Shown here in pieces: positions 1 to 6,184 of a stretch of DNA of 6,507 nucleotides; the first letter of the stretch is position 1, and the number at the start of each line of letters is the position of its first letter. Source of the DNA: Octopus sinensis (Eukaryota); contig NW_021829251.1 of NCBI RefSeq assembly GCF_006345805.1, positions 1 through 6,507 of the forward strand, in the 5' to 3' direction. The notes below the pieces were generated by a model that saw only the letters and a list, made by a program, of their open reading frames with translations, was not told the origin of the DNA and made no database searches. The position numbers and the translations under genes were made by a program.

Positions 1-337
1 CCCAATCTCTCAAATTCTTTCCTAAGATTCTTGCAGAATACAAGAAGACACTTTTCTGCAAGTCGACAATGCATGTCACAATTCCAATATCCTTCAGCTT
101 CTTTGGTCGCAGTTCGATTGCACCAATTATCACAGAAATAATCTTTACCTTTGTCTTTCACAATCTCTTCATTTCTCTGGCGAAGTCTTGATATTTCTCA
201 AGTTCCTTGATATCCACTCTTCTACTAAATCGTATTGCGAAGGCATTACTCTCATGCTATTTCTTTTCTTAGATTTTTTTTTTATGTCTCTGCGATCTTG
301 TTTGGTTTCTTTACTTCAATATTACAATATTATGGTC
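1..337 (-). pseudogene. C-terminal RLE (PD-(D/E)xK) endonuclease remnant of element 1
   Basis: Frame from 250 reads SNAFAIRFSRRVDIKELEKYQDFAREMKRL*KTKVKIISVIIGAIELRPKKLKDIGIVTCIVDLQKSVFLYSARILGKNLRDW: 83 codons with one TGA (160-158) at a position that is normally Trp. Confidence 0.9.
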
Positions 338-347
338 TGTTTGGTAA

Positions 348-552
348 AAGCGGCGAGATGGCAGAATCGTTAGCACGCCGGGTAAAATGCTTAGTGGCAT
401 TTCGCCCGTCAGAGTTCAAATTTCGCTGGGACTGACTTTACCTTTCATCCCTTTCGGGGCTGATAAAATAGGTACTTGTTAAGCACTGGGGTCGATATAA
501 TCGATTTATCCGCTCCCGCGAAATTGCTGGCCTTGTGCCAAAATTTGAAACT
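348..552 (+). mobile_element. tRNA-derived SINE, family A, copy 1
   Basis: A-box-like TGGCAGAATCG (359-369) and B-box-like GAGTTCAAAT (412-421). Aligns along its length with 569-789 and 2033-2250. Lacks the ~10-bp TTTACGTTCT segment seen in those copies. Confidence 0.88.
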
Positions 553-568
553 AATGTTATGAATAGAA

Positions 569-789
569 AAGGCTGTGAGCTGGCAGAATCATTAGTACAC
601 CGGGAAAGATATTTAACGGTATTTCAGCCGTTTTTACGTTCTGAGTTCAAATTCCGTCGAAGTCCACTTTGTCTTTCATCCTTTCGAAGTCGATAAAAGA
701 AGTAACAGCTGAGTACTGCGGCCGATGTAATCGGCTTACTATGTCCCTTTGTCTCCTGAACTTACTGCTCTTGTTCCAAATTTTTAATC
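569..789 (+). mobile_element. tRNA-derived SINE, family A, copy 2 (head-to-tail with copy 1)
   Basis: Contains TGGCAGAATCATTAG, TTTACGTTCTGAGTTCAAATTCC, CTTTCATCCTTT and CTTGTTCCAAATTT; homologous to copies 1 and 4. Confidence 0.85.
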
Positions 790-869
790 CAATATTATGG
801 TCAGTCTTTATGGCTAAATCCCGCACCCCTTAATTATCATTCATTACCGCGGCCGTGGATAATCATTTT

Positions 870-1203
870 GTTTTTTACAATGCACAATAATACCTTCCAA
901 ACTTCAAATCGCAGCACTGTTGATGTCTGCATTTAATAAACCTTTGCCTCTTCTCATTATAAATAGAAGCAACCAGTACTATTTTTAGGATGATGTGCGT
1001 TATACGTTGTGAACTACTTCCTAGTTCCTGTCCACTTCCCGTAATTCTGTTTTTGCCTATGATGTGCGTTATACATTGTGAACTACTTCGTCCTGTCCAC
1101 TTCCCGTATTTCTATTTTGGCTTATGATGTCCGTCATACATTGTGAACTATTTCCTAGTTCTCCTGTCCAGTTCTTGTAGCTCTGTTTTTGTCTACTTTA
1201 ACA
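870..1203 (-). mobile_element. Second copy of the post-RT segment (TKTELQELDRRTRK..HPK..GLLNA) inserted inside element 1
   Basis: 1124-1193 is homologous to 2258-2333, and 870-985 is homologous to 1575-1690. Minus translation reads K*TKTELQELDRRTRK*FTMYDGHH...HHPKNS...RGKGLLNADINSAAI. Confidence 0.8.
990..1193. repeat. Tandem triplication of a 65-69 bp unit
   Basis: Units start ATGATGT at 990, 1059 and 1124. Each carries TTGTGAACTA and CCTGTCCA. Confidence 0.92.
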
Positions 1204-1692
1204 AATCACTTTTCAACTACTTTGGATTCACACACCCAACTAACATCTCAACGCATTTTTTTTACCAACACAATCATACTTATGTTTATACTCTTTTTGT
1301 GCTAGCTTGCTACACTCACATTTCCACGTATCCTGTCTAGTTCCTGGACGGCTACAATTAGCCATTCAGTTTTCAATTTCAGGTTTCCATCTCTATTAAC
1401 CACAACCAGCGTTCTTCGCTGCCAATATCCTCGAGCTGTTGCATGAATTAACCATATAATTCCTTCTCTTCCAGCTGCTTCTCCAATCGTTCCCCAGTCG
1501 CTTTTTCTGTTCTTGGCGTTTCCAAGTGTTTCTTTGTCTATTTCCATATTTCTAGCCGCTGTTAATAGTCTTCCTTCAAATGCACAACAGTTTTCCCAAC
1601 CCAAATCACAGCACTAATTATGTCTTCTGCATTCAATAAACCACTTCCCGTTCTTCTTGATAGCTAAATCCTGTCGATAATACTTTTAAGAT
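1204..1692 (-). pseudogene. Linker region between RT and endonuclease of element 1; CCHC knuckle absent
   Basis: Includes ORF-track 1302..1604 (GNLKLKTEWLIVAVQE), preceded by KSIIDRI*LSRRTGSGLLNAEDII and followed after a frameshift by CSKLAQKEYKHKYDCVGK. Confidence 0.85.
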
Positions 1693-1736
1693 TGGCGAGA
1701 TAGCAGAACCGTTGGCACGCCGGGCAAAATGCTCAG
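1693..1736 (+). mobile_element. 5' head fragment of SINE family A (copy 3)
   Basis: GGCGAGATAGCAGAACCGTTGGCACGCCGGGCAAAATGCTCAG matches 352-393 closely, then similarity stops before the B box. Confidence 0.82.
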
Positions 1737-1874
1737 GACAAATAAAAAAAGGCTTACACAATTAGAAACTGACAGGTACTCGAAAGACAGGCGGAAAGAA
1801 CCGAAGGAGTGCACCTAGGCCCTCTAAAAGTCCAGCGGCACCCATAGCACTACATTAACATTTGTTTCCCCCTT

Positions 1875-1926
1875 ATGACTCGCAAGTCTCTTCCCACAAG
1901 ATGACTCGCAAGTCTTTTCCCACAAG
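1875..1926. repeat. 26-bp tandem duplication
   Basis: ATGACTCGCAAGTCTCTTCCCACAAG followed by ATGACTCGCAAGTCTTTTCCCACAAG (25/26 identical). Confidence 0.97.
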
Positions 1927-2032
1927 AAGGCGGTACCATCCAGACTAAGATCCGTTGTTCTAAAGACCCATTATAAACAGGTGGTGATACTAAATCGGTT
2001 GAGGGGTTAAGTTTACTGCTGAACATTAACTT

Positions 2033-2250
2033 GGTGGCGACCCGACAGAATCGATACCTCGCCCGGTACAAAGCTAAGCGGTATTTCATCCGTCTTTACG
2101 TTCTGAGTTCAAATGCCACCGAGATCGACTTTATCTTTCATCCTTTTAGGGGCGAAAAATAAATACCAGCTGAACCCTTGTGGGTGAATGTAATCGACTT
2201 AGCCCCTACCCGGAACTGACTGGCCTTGTACCAACATTTGAAACTCATGT
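2033..2250 (+). mobile_element. tRNA-derived SINE, family A, copy 4 (full length, degenerate A box)
   Basis: Contains GCGGTATTTC..CTTTACGTTCTGAGTTCAAAT..CTTTCATCCTTT..TGTAATCGACTT..GGCCTTGTACCAACATTTGAAAC, matching copies 1 and 2. Confidence 0.87.
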
Positions 2251-2564
2251 TACTTTTAGGATGCTGTGCATTATATAGTATTGTGAACTGCTTCCTAGTT
2301 CTTCTGTCCAATTGCTGTAGCTCTGTCTTTGGCAAAGGAGCAGAATACCTTAACATTAGAATGAATCACGTTTTGACTGTCTCGATGACATTAATTACCT
2401 CCAATTAGTTTTCTTTCAAACACCTTCCAAACACTTGTATTCCTCGGAGACTTCCTCTCTTATTTCTCTTTCCGTTGCCTTATCGCCTGCAGCATTCCTG
2501 TGCTGAATGTAAGCTTCGTTCACTCTCCACCATCAAACGATTTTATCTTGTGCAATCTTTGTGC
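2251..2564 (-). pseudogene. RT thumb / post-RT remnant of element 1
   Basis: Frameshifted peptides EVSEEYKCL, RKLIGGN and NVIETVKT*FILMLRYSAPLPKTELQQLDRRTRKQFTILYNAQHPKS (part of ORF-track 2138..2356). Confidence 0.85.
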
Positions 2565-2845
2565 TAGTGGTTCTCAACTTGGTTCCATGTATGATTTTGT
2601 CTTTGAGGGTCCGTATAAGATTTTTTCCTTGGGGGTCCGTATATAAGATTTCATTGTTAAAATTGATGTACAATGGATTGCTTATATTTCTGCAACACAC
2701 GCAATATTTTGATTCTTTTATGCAATTCCTAATAACATTTAATTATAGAGACACAGTAAGATGTTTTTACATACAGTGAATGGCTACGGGGGTCCGGTAG
2801 AGAATCAAAAGCGCCCATGGGCAAAGAATGGTTGAGAAGCCATTA
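2565..2845. mobile_element. Non-autonomous DNA transposon (MITE), hAT/Charlie-like TIRs
   Basis: Left TAGTGGTTCTCAAC (2565-2578) and right GTTGAGAAGCCATTA (2831-2845) form imperfect inverted ends resembling the CAGTGGTTCTCAAC end of Charlie/MER-type hATs. Subterminal GG(G)GGTCCG motifs at ~2606, ~2632 and ~2788. AT-rich interior. No clear 8-bp TSD. Confidence 0.72.
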
Positions 2846-2980
2846 TTTATATCGTCAAATTTTATCTTTCTACCTCTAACCGCATACAAATATCCTTGCT
2901 CTTTGGAAAAGAGAATCTCGGGCTTTTTTCATCTTTGGCGAATCGTTTGAGGTCATCCACAAATCACAGATTATCTTTTA
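2846..2980 (-). pseudogene. RT catalytic core remnant (FVDD, equivalent to YxDD)
   Basis: FVDDLKRFAKDEK...SKDICMRLEVER*; FVDD is at 2963-2952. Confidence 0.85.
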
Positions 2981-2983
2981 GGT

Positions 2984-3348
2984 TTTGCTTGTTTCAATCA
3001 TTAGACTGCGGTCCATGCTGCGGCATTGTTCTGAAAATTTTAGTCGAATGAATCGACCCCAACACTTTTTTAAAAAGCCTGATACTTATTCTATCACTCA
3101 CTTTTGCTTATCGACGTAAACGCACCAACACCGGTTGTCAAGCAGCGTAGTGGGGGACAAACACAGAAACAAAGAAAACACACACACATGTATGCGATGG
3201 GCTTCTTTCGGTTTCCGTCTACCAAATCCACTGACACGGCTTTGATCGGCTCGAAGCTGTAGTAGAAGACACTTGTCAAGGCGCCACGGAGTGGGATTGA
3301 ACCCGGAACCCTGTGGTTGGAAAGCAAGCTTCTTACCACACAGCCACT
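2984..3348 (-). mobile_element. tRNA-derived SINE, family B, with CORE-like centre and internal (TG)n
   Basis: Minus-strand A box TGGCTGTGTGG (3346-3336) and B box GGTTCAATCCC (3303-3293), followed by GTGGCGCCTTGACAAGTGTCTT (CORE-like), an internal microsatellite at ~3165-3190 and a 3' module shared with family A. Confidence 0.85.
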
Positions 3349-3477
3349 ATTTTTTTTTTTTTGCCCTTGTCTTAACAAGCTCGCAAGCAGGTCTAGATTT
3401 TCTGCTATGCCCCGTTTAGTTAGGCCTCCTGTCGAAACAGAGCTCGCGATCGAGAAGGAGGACTACTTTGTACTTTG

Positions 3478-4272
3478 GTAAGCTTTGAAAAAGTGGCTAT
3501 GATTTGACCCTGGGACCTGAGAGGGCCTGGGAATATTTATTATTACTGTCAGGGATCTGGGAGAGCCTGGACGTGTCTATGATTATTGTCAGCGACCTGG
3601 AAAGCATGAAAGTACTATGGTTTCTATTAGGGACCTGTAAGAGTTTGAAAGTAGGCACGATTATAGCCAGGGGTCTGAGAAGGCCTGAATGCGGATATGA
3701 TAACCATTGAGAATCTGGGAGGGTCTGAAAGGGGACATGGTGGCCGCCAGGGATCTAGGAGGGCCTGTAGGGACTATGAAACCTGCTAGGGACATGAGTG
3801 AAATCTGAAAATTGCTATGATTATTGCCAAGGACCTGGGGAAATCTGAAAATGGACGTAATTAGCAAGGACCTAGGAGGGCCTAGAAATGGCTAGGATAA
3901 CTGGGAAGTGCTGAAAGTATATATGATCACTGTCATGGACTTAGGAAGGGATCTGAAAGTTTGTATGATTACTGGTAGAAACCTAGAAGACCCTGAAAAT
4001 ATTTGATTGCTGCTAGGAAGCTGGGAGATACTGAAAGTAAGCATGGTAGTTTCCAGGAAGTTGGGCGGGTGGGTGTGGACTGAAACTTGCTATGGTTACT
4101 GCCAGGAGCGTGGGGGTGTCTAAAAGCGGTTATGATCACTACCAGGGAGCTGGGGACATGGGAGAGCCTGAAAGTCACATGATAACTGTCAGGGACCATG
4201 GATGGCCTAAAAGTGTCTATGACCTCTGCCAAGGACCCAAGAGGGCCTGAATCTTGTTATGATTACTGCTAG
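3478..4272. repeat. Degenerate 40-bp minisatellite, about 20 units; consensus approx. AGGGACCTGGGAGGGCCTGAAAGTGGCTATGATTACTGCC
   Basis: Unit starts at 3511, 3551, 3591, 3629, 3669, 3709, 3749, 3788, 3829, 3866, 3935, 3977, 4015, 4055, 4104, 4144, 4191 and 4231, plus partial units at 3478 and 3903. Nine units are exactly 40 bp. Confidence 0.9.
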
Positions 4273-4318
4273 TCCCCCTCAAACCAAACAGTAACAACAA
4301 AACAAAGCTGGTATTTAC

Positions 4319-4397
4319 GTAGTTTTCAACGTTGGGAAAGGCATCCTTGCCTCAAAATCCAGTTTCTTTCGGCTTCTTAAATCTGCGTCCGCTGAAC
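4319..4397 (-). CDS. Candidate 79-bp coding exon of an unidentified host gene, (G)SADADLRSRKKLDFEARMPFPTLKT
   Basis: Acceptor ttttacttcttgattAG (AG at 4399-4398) and donor AC|GTAAAT (4318). Only one frame is open. Lies in unique sequence. No protein family recognised. Confidence 0.4.
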
Positions 4398-4831
4398 CTA
4401 ATCAAGAAGTAAAATTACGTCAAACAGTGAACTCTACTTTATCATGGTATCTATTTATATACGAGTGAGCTGAGGCATCAAGAAAGCAATTCACCGAGGT
4501 TAATTACTCTGTGCGAAAATTTAAAAAAAAAGTTCAATTAGAGGAAAATGTTAACTTGCTTAATGCAATGAGTAAATTAAAACGCTAATTGGAAAAATTA
4601 AAGAAAATATTATGTGATGAGGAAAAGACAATTAGACCATTTAATATTCATTGCATTAAACATGTTAACAGTAACTAAACTGAACTATGGAGATGTTGAG
4701 AGTAGAGTGACTTTGTCAAGGACAGAGGGCGTTACGATGACCGATATTTCAGCCAATATTGCGGCAGTTTCTGTTAATTCGGTCAGTTACGAATTCTGTA
4801 CAAGACTGGGAAAGATAAAGAATAAAAATAA

Positions 4832-4852
4832 ATATATATATATATATATATA
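4832..4852. repeat. (AT)n microsatellite
   Basis: Perfect dinucleotide run. Confidence 0.95.
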
Positions 4853-4916
4853 AATAACAAACAAACAACAAAACAACGAAAAATTAGAGCAGTGTCACCA
4901 TATGTTCACATAACAA

Positions 4917-4954
4917 TATTATTATTGTCGTTGTTACTGATGTTGTTGTCACTG

Positions 4955-5016
<62 letters not shown>

Positions 5017-5049
5017 TTATTATTATTATTATTATCATTCTTATTGTTA

Positions 5050-5098
<49 letters not shown>

Positions 5099-5117
5099 TA
5101 TAGTTGTTGTTGTTGTT

Positions 5118-5156
<39 letters not shown>

Positions 5157-5169
5157 ATTATTATTATTA

Positions 5170-5205
<36 letters not shown>

Positions 5206-5249
5206 TGTTATTGTTGTTGTTGCTGTTGCTGGTGGTGGTGCTGCTGCTG
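4917..5249. repeat. Compound trinucleotide microsatellite (CAT/CAC/TAT/TGT/GGT/GCT)
   Basis: Successive in-register triplet blocks, directly visible. Confidence 0.97.
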
Positions 5250-5260
5250 TTTCTTTACCT

Positions 5261-5345
5261 AGGGTGGCAGAAACGACAGAGAACTGAAGGAAATGAGTGT
5301 CGGTATTTAGTTACGGGTGTTTTGGTTCGTGTTTCAAATCCCGCC
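5261..5345 (+). mobile_element. Highly degenerate 5' fragment of a family A-like SINE
   Basis: GGTGGCAGAAACG..GAAATG..CGGTATTT..GTTTCAAATCCCGCC follows the order of motifs in the family A heads. Confidence 0.5.
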
Positions 5346-5406
5346 TAGCAGACATCAACCCCGTCCACTTCGTCATTCTGCCGAGGATGACAAATGATAT
5401 GTTTAG

Positions 5407-5480
5407 TATATGTATGTATGTGCATATATATATATATATATAATATATATATTATATATATATATATATGTATATGCATA
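5407..5480. repeat. (TA)n-rich microsatellite
   Basis: Directly visible. Confidence 0.95.
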
Positions 5481-5776
5481 TGGTGAAGGCGGTTACGGCA
5501 TTCGGCCCACGATCGTATGGTCGTGGGTTCAATTCCCGGCAACGCATTGTGTCCTTGAGCAAGACACTTTATTTCACGTTGCTCCAGTCCACTCACCTGG
5601 TAAAAATGAGCTGTACCTGTAATTCACAAGGGGCCAGCCTTGTCGCATTCTGTGTCACACTGAATCTCCCCAAGAACTACGTTAAGGGTACACGTATCTG
5701 TGGAGTGCTCAGCCACTTGCGCTGTTCCGTTGATCGTATCAGCTGGGACCCTTGTCGTCGTAACCGACGGAGTGCC
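5481..5776 (+). mobile_element. tRNA-derived SINE, family C, with CORE-like central domain
   Basis: B box GGTTCAATTCC (5526-5536). TGTGTCCTTGAGCAAGACACTTT..CCAGTCCACTCACCTGGTAAAAATG resembles the CORE domain. 3' hairpin CGTCG-TAAC-CGACG (5756-5769). No intact A box. Confidence 0.83.
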
Positions 5777-5785
5777 CCTTTTCTG

Positions 5786-5966
5786 ATAGATATAAATGTA
5801 TATATATATATATATGACATGTGTATATATTTGTATGTATATATATATATACACACACCACATATATATATATATATATAAATACACACACATACATACA
5901 TATATATATATATAAACACATTTACATACATGCACACACATATATACATATATGCACATATACATA
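5786..5966. repeat. (TA)n/(CA)n compound microsatellite
   Basis: Directly visible. Confidence 0.95.
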
Positions 5967-5967
5967 C

Positions 5968-6027
5968 CAGTCATGTTCTGATATCGATTTCATCCACACA
6001 AGCCAGCCACCACCACACTGAACACAC
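5968..6027 (-). other. Candidate 60-bp exon, possibly 5'UTR plus start codon (ATG at 5974-5972)
   Basis: Acceptor atttatccacAG (AG at 6029-6028) and near-consensus donor CTG|GTATGT (5967). Lies in a small unique island between repeats. Confidence 0.4.
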
Positions 6028-6082
6028 CTGTGGATAAATATGTGGCCCAATGATTTAGAAAGCAAAATGGATATCGATTAAC

Positions 6083-6184
6083 CATCATCATCATCATCAT
6101 TATTATCATTATCATTATTATTATTATTATCATTATTATTATTATCATTATCATTTTCATTATTATTATTATTATATTATTATT
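6083..6184 (-). repeat. (AAT/GAT)n tail of the second RLE element
   Basis: (CAT/TAT)n on the plus strand, directly abutting the element's 3' UTR. Confidence 0.85.

Larger units (their letters stand above)
325..802 (+). repeat. Target-site duplication CAATATTATGGTC (325-337 and 790-802) bracketing the SINE pair
   Basis: Exact 13-bp direct repeat, extendable to 18 bp with 2 mismatches. Removing the insert restores the minus-strand peptide AIKTDHNIVIL. Confidence 0.8.
1681..2262 (+). repeat. Target-site duplication TACTTTTA(A/G)GAT (1681-1692 and 2251-2262)
   Basis: 11/12 identity. Excising the insert restores the minus-strand reading AQHPKSIIDRI, the expected HPKSxxDR motif. Confidence 0.78.
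1..2980 (-). mobile_element. Decayed RLE-type (R4/Dong-like) non-LTR retrotransposon with nested insertions; 3' end runs off the left edge
   Basis: Manual minus-strand translation gives colinear motifs typical of RLE elements: FVDDLKRFAKDEK (2963->), KLIGGN..LRYSA..KTELQQLDRRTRK..HPKS (2410->2251), IDRI*LSRRTGSGLLNAED (1690->), GNLKLKTEWLIVAVQE (~1390->1341), CSKLAQKEYKHKYD (1314->), RDLAIKTDHNI (~820->790) and EKYQDFAREMKRL*KTKVKIISVIIGA..LQKSVFLYSARIL (200->20). Many stops and frameshifts. Confidence 0.9.

Noticed and set aside
188-435. Plus-strand ORFs 188..373 and 235..435, also 1143..1340, 2226..2408, 2561..2779 and 6227..6442
   Set aside because: Antisense shadows of retrotransposon sequence or chance ORFs across SINE/MITE DNA.
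1-2980. Active or domesticated retrotransposon gene
   Set aside because: Numerous stops, frameshifts and insertions, and loss of the CCHC knuckle and RPD motif.
3349-3477. Continuation of the RT upstream of the SINE (TKRGIAENL resembling IKRGIFQGD)
   Set aside because: Only four residues match and the QGDxLSP motif is absent; this is too weak to call.
3504-4232. Repeat protein (RDLGGPESGYDYC-like 13-mers; ORFs 3504..3710, 3661..3867 and 3969..4232)
   Set aside because: The modal unit is 40 bp, not a multiple of 3. The consensus hits stops on both strands when concatenated.
3478-4272. CRISPR-like array
   Set aside because: Units are contiguous degenerate tandem copies with no invariant repeat and no unique spacers. 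The context is eukaryotic and there are no cas genes.
4614-4853. 79-aa plus-strand ORF
   Set aside because: No recognisable motif and no good plus-strand splice signals. It ends in a (TA)n run.
4892-5287. 131-aa poly-S/P/Y/C/I ORF
   Set aside because: It is simply the translation of a compound trinucleotide microsatellite.
348-5540. Genuine tRNA genes at the A/B-box sites
   Set aside because: No cloverleaf can be formed. The boxes run into repeated SINE bodies with no Pol III terminator at tRNA distance.
5345-6021. ORFs rich in YI/CV/HT
   Set aside because: Artefacts of (TA)n/(CA)n runs and a SINE.
5980-6079. 10-bp direct repeat GATATCGATT as a TSD
   Set aside because: The enclosed ~80 bp has no element features, and the repeat overlaps the candidate exon. 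Chance is plausible.
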